In this document: positions 40,019 to 49,089 of the stretch, piece by piece
Layout of the letters: the number at the start of each line of letters is the position of its first letter
How positions within the stretch are numbered: the stretch's first letter is position 1
DNA from: Planctomycetota bacterium
GTDB lineage: Bacteria > Planctomycetota > SZUA-567 > H5-PLA8
DNA length: 64,000 nucleotides
Reading direction: 5' to 3'
Assembly (NCBI GenBank): GCA_038227875.1
Contig: JBBRPR010000004.1
Location: 190,567-254,566 of the forward strand
Position numbers and translations under genes: made by a program
Notes under the pieces: model-generated
Database searches by the model: none
Seen by the model: the letters and a program-made list of their open reading frames with translations, nothing else
Told to the model about the DNA's origin: nothing

Positions 40019-40324
40019 ATGGAATACGCGGAGATGAATCCAAAAAGTTGCTGTCCAAACTGCGGGTCAGCTCAAACCCGCGGCACCTCTCTCACCCTCA
40101 GCAGAAAGTTTCCATGGAGTTGCGAAAGCTGCGGGACAATGCTGAGATATAATGGCACGAGAGAATTTGTCATTTTCCTGTGCGTTGCAGCAGTTTCTGC
40201 GATGGTGAGTGGGTTAATTAGTGAGCTAATCCGTCCGTCAATCGGCGCAGTCGTATTTTTAGTAACGCTGGCAATTGGTTTCGGAGTCGGCGCTCAATTC
40301 AGTATCGTTGAACGGAAGCCATAA
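40019..40324 (+). CDS. Small zinc-ribbon membrane protein, lower GC
   Basis: CPNC...CESC followed by two hydrophobic helices; start uncertain. Confidence 0.6.
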   Translation: MEYAEMNPKSCCPNCGSAQTRGTSLTLSRKFPWSCESCGTMLRYNGTREFVIFLCVAAVSAMVSGLISELIRPSIGAVVFLVTLAIGFGVGAQFSIVERKP

Positions 40325-41086
40325 TTAATGCGCTAACATTCGTTCCATAATTGAAATCTTTATTTCGCATTTTGGACATTTCGTACATCCATAAAGACAA
40401 CACAATTTGCTTAGGGTGTGGGATTGCTTCGCTTCGACGCACAGGCTCGCAAACCACCCGAAGGCATCTTTGGGATTATCGCTATGTACATACGTTCGCG
40501 GAATTGCCTGTGCTAAATCTCCAATCGGAAAAGAATTGTTTTCAGGGCAGCGGAAATACAGGTTCTCCTCTTCGAAATCTCCGCAGAGATATGCGTTGCA
40601 TGCCGGGCAAGTCAATTCGGCGGAGCTATCGAACAAGCAAGACGCGATCTTGCTCGCGTGAGCGGTATGACCATTCAAAGCACCAGCCGCAAACAACACG
40701 CAGGGGTAGTCTTCCGTTGAGTATGTGGTTTGGCGCGCAGCAGCTAATGCAATCTCCCCCGCGACACGCAGGGCTTCGTTGAACTCCGCGGCCAGATCAT
40801 CCGGCGTAGGTTCAACACATTCGAAAGGCGCGGCGATGTATCCGCAACTATAAAGGAAATCCGCGCTGCTCTGAATTCCGTGAGTGCGACCCAAGCGGAG
40901 TAAGTGCGGAAAGGCGGCGTAGGCTGCCGGGTACAACGTTTGTTGATGCGAGATCTGTTGCCAGACCTCGTCCCAATCATTTTGGTTGTAGCGTTTGGAA
41001 AGCGATTGAATGAGATCAGGAACGACACGCGAATGACCGCTTGCACTCTGAAGCTGTATCCAGCGGTCGGAATTGAGATCGAGCAT
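40325..41086 (-). CDS. Hypothetical protein, lower GC
   Basis: Helical N-terminus (HQQTLYPAAYAAFPHL); Cys motifs CPAC, CPKC. Confidence 0.7.
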   Translation of the reverse strand: MLDLNSDRWIQLQSASGHSRVVPDLIQSLSKRYNQNDWDEVWQQISHQQTLYPAAYAAFPHLLRLGRTHGIQSSADFLYSCGYIAAPFECVEPTPDDLAAEFNEALRVAGEIALAAARQTTYSTEDYPCVLFAAGALNGHTAHASKIASCLFDSSAELTCPACNAYLCGDFEEENLYFRCPENNSFPIGDLAQAIPRTYVHSDNPKDAFGWFASLCVEAKQSHTLSKLCCLYGCTKCPKCEIKISIMERMLAH

Positions 41087-41276
41087 CAAGAGTGAACCTA
41101 TACCACATTGTTAAGTTGGATTTCAAATGATCGGAAGCACTATTGGCTCTGGCCGGCCCGCAAACGCATAGAGTTCGCCGGAAGAAATACACTCAGCAAT
41201 GCTCTCTTCGCTATAAAAGAGCACTGCAAGTCTATCGTCGAATTTCAGTGGTCGCAATACGAATGGTCAGCGTCGT

Positions 41277-42554
41277 TTACGCGCTGGCGATGTTCCGTGC
41301 GTCGCTGTTGCCGGCCGCGAACTGCAGCGGGGCGGGGTGGGTGCTTTCGCGGCTGGGGGTGGCGGATTCGGTGCTGGAGCCTTCACCGATGTAGCGGCGT
41401 TCCACGTTCGAGCCCAGCTGCGTCGTCACGACGTAGGGGATCGTGCCGGATTTCTCGGCGATCTCTTCGACGCTGATGCGCCGTTCCAGCGGGCCGCCGA
41501 TCAGCGTCACCGCTTCGCCCACGTCCGGCAGGCCGGCGGGCGAATTCTGGAGCGCCGTGATGTCGGCGACGATGCAGTTCATCGAGATCGTGCCGACGAC
41601 CGGCACCTGCATTCCGCGGATGATAACGTTCGACCTGCCGGTCAGCGCGCGACGGTAACCATCGCCATAGCCGACGGGCAAGGTCGCTAAAATCGATTCG
41701 CTCCGGCAGACATGCAGGCGGTTGTAGCCCACGGTCCAGCCGCTGGGACGGCGGGCGATGTGGACGATGCGGGTGTGCAGCGACAGAGACGGTAGCAATT
41801 CCAGGCCGTCGCGGTCGGCCGACCACGCGCGCAGGCCGTGCAGCAGCACGCCGCAGCGGACCATGTCGAGGTGCGATTCGGGATGAAAAACCGTGCCGGC
41901 GGAATTCGCCGCGTGGCGGATGCGGAACGTCACGCCGCGGTCTTCGCAGTAGCGCATCAGCGCACGGAAGAGCTGGATCTGTTCGAACGTCGGCGCAACG
42001 TCGGGTTCTTCAGCGCTGGAGAAGTGCGTGAAGACGCCTTCGAGCTCCAGGGTTTTCTCGGCCAGCACGCGCTCCACCGCCGGCCAGACTTCCTCCGGCC
42101 CAAATCCGCCGCGGCCCATGCCGGTGTCGATCATCAGATGCAATTTGGTGCGCTGTCCGCGCCGTGCGCCCTGGTTGATTGCGCGCGAACGTGACGCCAG
42201 CGCCATGATCTCATCGTCGCTGGACGCGGCGAAGGTCAATCCCGCTTCGATGCCCGCGGTGAGTTCTTCCGGCAGCGACGGGGTGAGCAACTGAATCGGC
42301 ACCTCGATGCCGGCGTCGCGGAGTTCAATGCCTTCTTCAATCTGATTCACACCCAGCCGCACCGCGCCGGCCGACAGCGCCGCGCGACCCACGGCCGCCG
42401 CGCCGTGACCGTACGCTTCGGACTTCACTACGGCCAGCAACCCCGCGCCATGTTTCAGCAGCCCACGTAGGACGCGCGTGTTGTGCCGCACGGCATCGAG
42501 ATCGACTTCCGCCCAAACGCGTGCGGATTCGGATGTGGAGATGCGCAGACTCAT
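41277..42554 (-). CDS. alr: Alanine racemase family PLP enzyme
   Basis: AVVKSEAYGHG (PLP Lys), DTGMGR, THFSSA, HAANSAG, VGYN, VGYGDGY, GTIPY. Confidence 0.92.
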   Translation of the reverse strand: MSLRISTSESARVWAEVDLDAVRHNTRVLRGLLKHGAGLLAVVKSEAYGHGAAAVGRAALSAGAVRLGVNQIEEGIELRDAGIEVPIQLLTPSLPEELTAGIEAGLTFAASSDDEIMALASRSRAINQGARRGQRTKLHLMIDTGMGRGGFGPEEVWPAVERVLAEKTLELEGVFTHFSSAEEPDVAPTFEQIQLFRALMRYCEDRGVTFRIRHAANSAGTVFHPESHLDMVRCGVLLHGLRAWSADRDGLELLPSLSLHTRIVHIARRPSGWTVGYNRLHVCRSESILATLPVGYGDGYRRALTGRSNVIIRGMQVPVVGTISMNCIVADITALQNSPAGLPDVGEAVTLIGGPLERRISVEEIAEKSGTIPYVVTTQLGSNVERRYIGEGSSTESATPSRESTHPAPLQFAAGNSDARNIASA

Positions 42555-42745
42555 GTATGCCGCCTCTGGGTCCACCAACAAAGCTGACCGGGTGTTCAAA
42601 GGTGATCGGCAAGCGCCTACCCTTAACTGTAGAGAAAAATGAGCTAAAATGCTTCAGGGCTAAGGATTACGTGAAATGTTAAAGTCCGATAAGTTCTTTT
42701 AGAGCGGCGTTAGGGCGGAGAATGCCGCGTGTACATGTCAAATTG

Positions 42746-42770
42746 ACCTTCGGACCAATTGTCCGAAGGT
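42746..42770. repeat. 10-bp inverted repeat
   Basis: ACCTTCGGAC-CAATT-GTCCGAAGGT. Confidence 0.7.
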
Positions 42771-42788
42771 ACCGGAAGGCAAATTTAT

Positions 42789-43262
42789 TTAGGATCGCTC
42801 GAATGTCGCGTAAAGCTTTAGTACGTCCGCAGCAAATTTCTTTGCCTGAGGAATGCGGCGTCGTTTGAGAAACTCAAGCAATAACTTTGGTTTGGACTTG
42901 GCGTAAAGAAATTGCAGTGCATACGTCATCATAAAGCCCTGACAAATTCCTAGCTCCTGGACATCGTGCTTTTTCCGCCGCTGCTGGTCGCCCTCGAATT
43001 TGTTCCACTCCTCCTTGTCAGCAGTCTTTGATGCCATCTGGTAGTATCGTCTGCAGAAATTCAGAAAGCGTTGACCGTCCGTATCTATCACGGCACGGAT
43101 TTCTTCGAGTGTGAAGTCAGATTGCTTGATCTCTTTAGCGAGGAGATCAATTACCACTGCGTTTGCTTCAATTAACTTGAGCCCAATACAGTCCGCCAAA
43201 TTTCGTTCAGTGTCGGTCCACGCATTTGACGTGACAAAATAATTCACATCCATCCGATCCAT
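42789..43262 (-). CDS. Hypothetical protein, lower GC
   Basis: Open frame filling an AT-richer interval; AGGGG before ATG 43262; no motif recognised. Confidence 0.6.
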   Translation of the reverse strand: MDRMDVNYFVTSNAWTDTERNLADCIGLKLIEANAVVIDLLAKEIKQSDFTLEEIRAVIDTDGQRFLNFCRRYYQMASKTADKEEWNKFEGDQQRRKKHDVQELGICQGFMMTYALQFLYAKSKPKLLLEFLKRRRIPQAKKFAADVLKLYATFERS

Positions 43263-43373
43263 ATCGACCCCTGAAAAGACAACGGTGTTGCTTTCTAACC
43301 ACGTCGCGAATTCGCGACAGGGTCCCCCAAGTTGACTCCTTCCCATCCGCGTGTGTTTTTGAATTTTGAATTT

Positions 43374-44420
43374 TTATTTTTGCATTCGCGCGCGAATCGC
43401 CGCGAGCTTCCGCTGAAAGCCCGGCCGCTCGAGCACCTCGCGATTCACCGCGAACTCCGGCGCCGCGCCGTCGATCAGCTTCAGCACGTTCTTGGTGATG
43501 TGCAGGCCGATGTCGCGGAAGCATTCCTGCGTCAGGCTGTTGGCGTGCGGCGAGAGGATCACGTTGTCCAGCGTCAGCAGCGGGTCGTCGGGGCTCGGCG
43601 GTTCCTTTTCGAATACATCGATGCCCGCGCCCTGGATGCGCTTGTCGCGCAGCGCTTCGTAGAGATCGCGCTGGTTGACGATGCCGCCGCGCGCTGTGTT
43701 GACGAGGTACGCCGTCGGCTTCATCAGCTTGAACTGCGCGGCGGCGATCAGGTTCGTGGTCTCCGGCGTTTTGGGCGTGTGGATGGTGATGATGTCGCTC
43801 TGGCGGCAGAGCGATTCGAGATCGGTTTTCTCCGCGCCGAGTTCCTTCGCGCGCGCGTCGCTGACGAACGGATCGAAAACAAGGATGCGGCCGGGCTGAA
43901 AGGGCGCGAGGAGTTTAAGCAGCGCGGCGCCGATTGCACCGAGCCCCACGATGCCGAAGGTTTTCTCGCGCAGTTCGTTGCCCAGCGTGGTGAGGCGCTG
44001 CGACCAGTCGTTGGCGCGCGCGAGCTTGTCTTTCAGCAGCATGCGGTGCGACAGCGCGAGCATGTACGAGAGGGCGCTTTCCGCGACGGGATAATCCAGC
44101 GCGCCGCGCGTGGTGATCAGCACGACATCGTGGGCGGTGCAGGCCTGCGGATCGATGTTGTCGTAACCGACGCCCCAGCGCGAAATACAGCACAGCGATT
44201 CCGCGCCGCGAAAACTTTCCGTCTTCCACAGCGCGCTGCCGGCCAGGCACGCATCGTAGCCGGCGATGTCCGCGCCGCTGATCACGTCGACGACTTTCGG
44301 CTGTGGCGTGAACTCCACGCGCGGGTCAGAGCGCAGCGGGAAATTCACCAGGTGGTCCGGGTAATTGCCGTCGGGATTGAGCATCTCCCGGGTGACCGTG
44401 ACGCGCAGTTTCGCAGCCAT
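43374..44420 (-). CDS. D-isomer-specific 2-hydroxyacid dehydrogenase (SerA-like)
   Basis: GVGYDNID, GIVGLGAIG, VNTARGGIVN, GAGIDVFEKEPP, SPH; GGAGG RBS. Confidence 0.93.
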   Translation of the reverse strand: MAAKLRVTVTREMLNPDGNYPDHLVNFPLRSDPRVEFTPQPKVVDVISGADIAGYDACLAGSALWKTESFRGAESLCCISRWGVGYDNIDPQACTAHDVVLITTRGALDYPVAESALSYMLALSHRMLLKDKLARANDWSQRLTTLGNELREKTFGIVGLGAIGAALLKLLAPFQPGRILVFDPFVSDARAKELGAEKTDLESLCRQSDIITIHTPKTPETTNLIAAAQFKLMKPTAYLVNTARGGIVNQRDLYEALRDKRIQGAGIDVFEKEPPSPDDPLLTLDNVILSPHANSLTQECFRDIGLHITKNVLKLIDGAAPEFAVNREVLERPGFQRKLAAIRARMQK

Positions 44421-44500
44421 GTGAAATCCTCCGCTTGGAATACGAGCGATACACAGTCGCGTCCAAGAGAAGAGTTGTCAAGCGGACGAACCCGCGGTTC

Positions 44501-44527
44501 GTAGTCCGGGCGTCCCGCCCGGACCAC
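44501..44527. repeat. GTAG-type REP palindrome (family B)
   Basis: GTAGTCCGGGCG-TCC-CGCCCGGACCAC. Confidence 0.7.
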
Positions 44528-44566
44528 AAAAAAGCAGGGAGCAAGCGAACGGCCGCTTGCTCCCTG
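44528..44566 (-). terminator. Intrinsic terminator for 44597-45724
   Basis: 13-bp stem CAGGGAGCAAGCG/CGCTTGCTCCCTG followed by a T-run on the minus strand. Confidence 0.75.
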
Positions 44567-44596
44567 ACACACATCCAACGTAAACGTTCGCGCGAA

Positions 44597-45724
44597 TCAG
44601 AAATCCTTCGGCGGCGCGGGCGGTTTCGTCGCGGCATTGGCGTCGACGCCGTGCATCTTCAGAACCTGCACGATCTGGTTCTTCATCCAGCCCTGCGGAT
44701 CGACCACCCGGTCCTTCAAGGCGAGGATCGCATCGAGCGCTTCCTTGTCCAGCGTGCCCTTGGGGAAACTGTAGCTGACACTCAGCAGGTTGTTCAAGGT
44801 CATGTCGAACTGCTGTTTGTCGTCGGGTTTCCAGTGCTGGATCAGCACCGTGTACGGTTTGGCCAACTGCGTCAGCACGTCCTTGGGCAGTGTGGCGGCG
44901 ATATCGTTACGCAGTGAGAACGACGCTTCCGAAGGCGTGGTTGCAGCGGCCAGGCCGTGGAGCTGCGCGAGCGTCTGCAGCACGCGCGTCTGAACGGCAG
45001 CGGGCTGTGTCTCATCCGAACAGATCGCCAGCATTTTCTTGAATCCCGCGTCGGCATCGGCCGCCAGCGACGCCAGGATCAGCGTGTCGCCGCCATTGCC
45101 CATGCCCATGACGCGCACCGGGCCGCCGGCATCCGGCTTGACCTGGAGCAGCGCCACCGTCTTATCTAGCACGCCGGGTTCCTTCAACAGGGCCAGAGCC
45201 AGCAGCGCGAATTCGCGGCGCGCGACGTCCTGCTGGTAGGCCTGCGCGGCTTTCATCTGTTTGTCGGCGTCGGCGGGCTGCTTCTGCCAGAGCGCCGGGT
45301 CGGGCATCTTCACTTCCGGCAAATCGTCGAAGCCCCAGCCATGAAGCCTGGTCTTGGCCGCGGCGTCGCCCAACTGCGAGCGGACGGCGAGCCCGAAGGT
45401 TTCAATCTGGGCGGCGTTGCCCGCGCCCCATTTCCGCATGCCGTCGAAGGCGGCGTTGCGTTCGGCGCGCAGCAGCGAGAGTTCCAGGTCCTTCTCTTTG
45501 AGACCCGAGGACGCGAATCCCTTCACGGCGATTTGAATCATCTTCCAGTCCTGAGCCACCAGGCCTTCAGTCAACGCGCCTTCCAGAAACGCGATCTGCT
45601 GCTCCAGCGTCGCCGGTTTGGCGGCGGGGCTGTCGGCGCAGGCCGAACGCGGCAGCGTGAGGCATAAGCCGCCAATCAGCAGTGCGGCGAGAACCAGCGG
45701 GGCACACTTCACAGGCATACGCAT
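44597..45724 (-). CDS. Secreted alpha-helical hypothetical protein
   Basis: AAGGAG RBS; signal peptide ending SACA; directly downstream of the ECF sigma gene. Confidence 0.8.
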   Translation of the reverse strand: MRMPVKCAPLVLAALLIGGLCLTLPRSACADSPAAKPATLEQQIAFLEGALTEGLVAQDWKMIQIAVKGFASSGLKEKDLELSLLRAERNAAFDGMRKWGAGNAAQIETFGLAVRSQLGDAAAKTRLHGWGFDDLPEVKMPDPALWQKQPADADKQMKAAQAYQQDVARREFALLALALLKEPGVLDKTVALLQVKPDAGGPVRVMGMGNGGDTLILASLAADADAGFKKMLAICSDETQPAAVQTRVLQTLAQLHGLAAATTPSEASFSLRNDIAATLPKDVLTQLAKPYTVLIQHWKPDDKQQFDMTLNNLLSVSYSFPKGTLDKEALDAILALKDRVVDPQGWMKNQIVQVLKMHGVDANAATKPPAPPKDF

Positions 45725-45774
45725 CGTTTCAAAGCTCCTTAAGATTCCAATTCCAAACGGTCGCCAGAATTCAA

Positions 45775-45805
45775 TCCGGCGGACTGCAGGGTGCAGTCCG
45801 CCGGA
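45775..45805. terminator. Perfect 14-bp hairpin after the ECF gene (terminator or mRNA-stabilising structure)
   Basis: TCCGGCGGACTGCA-GGG-TGCAGTCCGCCGGA. Confidence 0.55.
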
Positions 45806-45817
45806 GCTGATTCACAT

Positions 45818-46087
45818 TTACGGGCGGGAGTTAACCCCGGGGTTCTGCGCCCGAGGGGCACTGGCGCCCGGAGCGAATCCACCTTTGGTATTCCATCCGC
45901 GGTTTTCGTTCGCTTCGCCTTGGGCGCGGGAGGTCGCGGAGGTCGCGGCTGCGGCATCCTTTTCGGCGCGGCGCGCGGCGATCTGCGCAATCGCATCGGC
46001 CACCTGGGCGTTGGGTTCCGCGGCCTGCAGAGCGGTCGGGAGCATCATGCCGCCGGCCAGTACAAGTGCTGCTACTTTGGACTTCAC
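45818..46087 (-). CDS. Putative nested in-frame secreted protein (89 aa) within the ECF gene
   Basis: AAGGAGG + 8 nt + GTG, then signal peptide MKSKVAALVLAGGMMLPTALQA-AEP. Confidence 0.5.
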   Translation of the reverse strand: MKSKVAALVLAGGMMLPTALQAAEPNAQVADAIAQIAARRAEKDAAAATSATSRAQGEANENRGWNTKGGFAPGASAPRAQNPGVNSRP

Positions 46088-47086
46088 TGGGTCGTCCTCC
46101 TTGTTGTTCGTTTCAGCCAAGCCGGGCTGAGAGCGGTGCGCCTCTCCATCCAATGAAGAAGCGCCACTGTCCGCGAGTGCCGCGGGCACCGCAGGTTTGA
46201 ATTCGTTTGCCGTGACGTGATGGTTCCAGACTGCCACCGTTCCGATCAGCACCGCCGCTAGGATCGACGCGGAGATCAGTGCCGTGAGTCCCACGCCCGT
46301 CTTCGCCGCACCGGCCACGGCCACCTGAGCGGGGCCCGCGTGCGCCGGCGCCGTGACCGCGTGACAGGCTTTTCCCGGCAGTGCTTTATCCAGAGCCGAA
46401 CACAGCGTCGCGGGAGCGGCCAGATTGCCGTCGCGCCACAGCAGCGCCACGATCAGCGCGGCACTCATCTCTTTGTTGTTCTTTTTCAGGACCTGACGCA
46501 GCCGCGTCATCGCCCGTTCCAGCCGCGCACGAATTGTTTCGCGGGGCACTTCCAGGGTCTTTGCCGTCTGCACCACCGACAGGCCCTGGTAGTAGCAGAG
46601 CACGACCGGCGCGCGTTCGTCTTCGGAAAGTTCCGCGACCGCCTGGCGCAGCAGCACCGTGGCTTCCTGCTGCTCCAACTCGCTGGGTTCATTCCGCTGG
46701 ACAGCTGACACGTGGCCTTCTCCCGTTGCAAACGTTCCTGTTTCGAGCGGCGTTTCGTGAGCTTTTCGCCGCCGGGTCTTGCGTACCGCATCGAGCGCGC
46801 ATTGCACCACCGCGCGGTAGACGGACAATTCGAACGTTTCCAGATCTTCAAAACCGTGGGTGCGGGAGAGCAGCTTGATGAACGCGTCCTGCACCGCGTC
46901 TTCCGCTTCCGCCGGAGAGGCCGTGATGCGCAGCGCGACGGAGTAGGCACGGTTACGCTGCGCTTTCAGCAGCTCGCCCAGCGCTTCCGGCCGGCGTTCA
47001 CTGCGCCATGCCGCAAGGGCCTCGGCCATCCAGCCTTCGCAGTCCCGGCGCACAACTGGCTCGGGGCGCTCTGGGTCCTGATCCAT
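45818..47086 (-). CDS. ECF sigma factor with TM-containing C-terminal extension
   Basis: Region 2 AEDAVQDAFIKL; region 4 LSEDERAPVVLCYYQGLS...TAKTLEVPRETIRARLERA; TM helix LISASILAAVLIGTVAVW. Confidence 0.92.
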   Translation of the reverse strand: MDQDPERPEPVVRRDCEGWMAEALAAWRSERRPEALGELLKAQRNRAYSVALRITASPAEAEDAVQDAFIKLLSRTHGFEDLETFELSVYRAVVQCALDAVRKTRRRKAHETPLETGTFATGEGHVSAVQRNEPSELEQQEATVLLRQAVAELSEDERAPVVLCYYQGLSVVQTAKTLEVPRETIRARLERAMTRLRQVLKKNNKEMSAALIVALLWRDGNLAAPATLCSALDKALPGKACHAVTAPAHAGPAQVAVAGAAKTGVGLTALISASILAAVLIGTVAVWNHHVTANEFKPAVPAALADSGASSLDGEAHRSQPGLAETNNKEDDPVKSKVAALVLAGGMMLPTALQAAEPNAQVADAIAQIAARRAEKDAAAATSATSRAQGEANENRGWNTKGGFAPGASAPRAQNPGVNSRP

Positions 47087-47313
47087 CGTCTTCTCCCCGA
47101 CTCGCAACTACTCGCGCGGCAAACCGCGCAGCTGGCCATGAATTCACAAAATTATTTTTCGGAAGCGCTGACTGATGCTAGTGGGTTGGATGAAACTGGG
47201 GGGATTTTGTTACGGGAATAGAGGGGAATTCGGGAGATGTAAGGGGCTTCGGAATGATTTACTCGGCTGTGAAGACCTCGTTCTTGCGAGGCATCAATCG
47301 ATAAATACGCGAG

Positions 47314-47348
47314 GGGTGGCCCGGCCCCTCGGGCCGGACTAGCCACCC
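47314..47348. repeat. GC-rich hairpin
   Basis: GGGTGGC-CCGGCCC-CTC-GGGCCGG-ACTA-GCCACCC just after the stop of 47363-47599. Confidence 0.6.
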
Positions 47349-47362
47349 ATGCCGCCAATTAA

Positions 47363-47599
47363 CTATTTCCCATCGTTTCTATTAAAATGTTCGTACTGTA
47401 GGTATTCCAGCGCGAGCTGCGATACCACTAGAAATGCCAAGGTTAAAAGTGCAGCCGCAAGAATATGTTTCATCGCGACATCCTTGTATTCAAACAGGTC
47501 GGGCGACCTCCTTAAAAAGTAGTAATTCCCGATTACCAGTAACAACGCCACCATCACGTTGTAGAAAATTTTAAATAATTTGATTCTTACTTTCATCAT
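47363..47599 (-). CDS. Small two-TM membrane protein, AT-rich
   Basis: 78-aa ORF with two hydrophobic segments in an AT-rich patch. Confidence 0.5.
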   Translation of the reverse strand: MMKVRIKLFKIFYNVMVALLLVIGNYYFLRRSPDLFEYKDVAMKHILAAALLTLAFLVVSQLALEYLQYEHFNRNDGK

Positions 47600-47617
47600 A
47601 AGCTTGTCTGTTCACAA

Positions 47618-47701
47618 CAGTCCTCAGTCCTCAGTCCTCAGTCCTCAGTCCTCAGTCCTCAGTCCTCAGTCCTCAGTCCTCAGTCCTCAGTCCTCAGTCC
47701 T
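47618..47701. repeat. Perfect heptamer tandem repeat (CAGTCCT)12
   Basis: 84 nt counted directly. Confidence 0.97.
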
Positions 47702-47710
47702 CGCCCCTCC

Positions 47711-48790
47711 TCACACCAAATACGCGCGCACCGAATAAATCGGCGGTAGCAGCTCCGCGGACGTCGTCCAGCTCTCGCCTTCGTCGTCGCTGGTAAAGAG
47801 GTGTCCGCCGTTGGTGCCGAAATAAAGCCCCGATGCGCCGTCGCTGGCGAAGGCGTCACGCAGGATTCCGGCGTGGGCCGGCTGCGGCAGGCCTTTCTTC
47901 AGCGCCGTCCACGTCGCGCCGGCGTCGAGCGTGCGGTAGACGGCCAGCTCGCCTTCGATCGGCGCTCGGTATTCGCCGCCCTTGAGTGGGATGACGTACG
48001 CGCAGTCGCGGTTGCGCGGATGGACGACCATCGGGAAGCCAAAATTCGAGGGCAGATTCGAGGTGATCTTCGTCCACGGACCGTCGCCGTCGCGGCGCCA
48101 GACGTCGACGTGATTCTGCTGGTAGAGCCGCGCGGGCTGCCCCGGCGCGTACGCAAGTTTGTGGATGCACGAACCAATCGCGCCGACCGCATTCGGTTCG
48201 AAGACGCACGGCAATCCCGCGTTGCTCAACGTCCAGGACGCGCCACGATCCTTCGATTCGAAAACGCCCACGGCCGAAATACCGATGGTCAGATGATTGG
48301 AATCGACCGGGTCGACGAGAATCGTGTGGAGACACAATCCACCGGCGCCGGGCTGCCATTTCTCGCGCGTTTCGTGATTGGAAAGCCCCGTGAGCTCGAC
48401 CCACGTCTCGCCGCGGTCGGAGCTGCGGAAGAGTGCCGCCGGATCGGTGCCCGCGTAAAGACAATCGGGATGATCAGGACCGTCCGTCTGCAGTTGCCAC
48501 AGCGCCGAGACGGCGAGCTTCGCACCTTCTTTGAAGCGCGGCTGCTGCTTGGCGCGATCCCACGACTCGCCGAAATTGCGGCTGTAATTGACCGACGCGC
48601 CCCAGTGCCAGCTGTTGGCGGCCACATAAAGCGACGGCGTGCCGCTTCCGCGCTGATCGAGCACCGCGGCGTTGACGTGCTCGCCGGGCAGATGCGGGCC
48701 GCTGATCTTGAGCGCGCCTCCCTTTAATGGAGCGGTGCCCACAAACAGCCCGCGCTTGGTACCGATCAAAACAATACGCTTGTCCGCCAT
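47711..48790 (-). CDS. BNR/Asp-box beta-propeller protein (exo-alpha-sialidase-like)
   Basis: Asp-boxes SRNFGESW, SSDRGETW, SKDRGASW, TLDAGATW, SDDEGESW; GT.RGLF; QQNH; FGFP. Confidence 0.88.
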   Translation of the reverse strand: MADKRIVLIGTKRGLFVGTAPLKGGALKISGPHLPGEHVNAAVLDQRGSGTPSLYVAANSWHWGASVNYSRNFGESWDRAKQQPRFKEGAKLAVSALWQLQTDGPDHPDCLYAGTDPAALFRSSDRGETWVELTGLSNHETREKWQPGAGGLCLHTILVDPVDSNHLTIGISAVGVFESKDRGASWTLSNAGLPCVFEPNAVGAIGSCIHKLAYAPGQPARLYQQNHVDVWRRDGDGPWTKITSNLPSNFGFPMVVHPRNRDCAYVIPLKGGEYRAPIEGELAVYRTLDAGATWTALKKGLPQPAHAGILRDAFASDGASGLYFGTNGGHLFTSDDEGESWTTSAELLPPIYSVRAYLV

Positions 48791-48796
48791 CTGCTT

Positions 48797-49075
48797 TCAG
48801 CCTCCCGAAACCGCAGCCACGACCGTGATCGTGGCGCCTGATTTAACCGGCGTCTCCAGTCCGTTCAATTCGCGGATATCCGTGTCGTCCACGTACAGCA
48901 GCACATGCTTGCGCACCTGCCCGCGCTCGTCGCAGATGCGGTCCGACAGTCCGTGGCTGGTCGCATCGAGCGCCGCCACCGCCTGCCCGACGGTCGCGGC
49001 CTCCACGGAAAACTCCCGCCGCCCGACAACGCGCGCGAGCGCTTCGGGCAAAGTTACAGTCACGCTGCTCATCAT
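48797..49075 (-). CDS. MoaD/ThiS family ubiquitin-like sulfur-carrier protein
   Basis: Beta-grasp pattern V.LP..L...TV...L...DIR...GLET; C-terminal AVSGG. Confidence 0.92.
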   Translation of the reverse strand: MMSSVTVTLPEALARVVGRREFSVEAATVGQAVAALDATSHGLSDRICDERGQVRKHVLLYVDDTDIRELNGLETPVKSGATITVVAAVSGG

Positions 49076-49089
49076 GAAAAGTATTACCG

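Noticed and set aside
40019..41220. Integron gene cassettes for the lower-GC orphans
   Set aside because: No correctly oriented RYYYAAC/GTTRRRY attC pairs, genes are convergent, and no integrase
47618..47701. CRISPR array
   Set aside because: Contiguous 7-mer microsatellite without spacers; no cas genes
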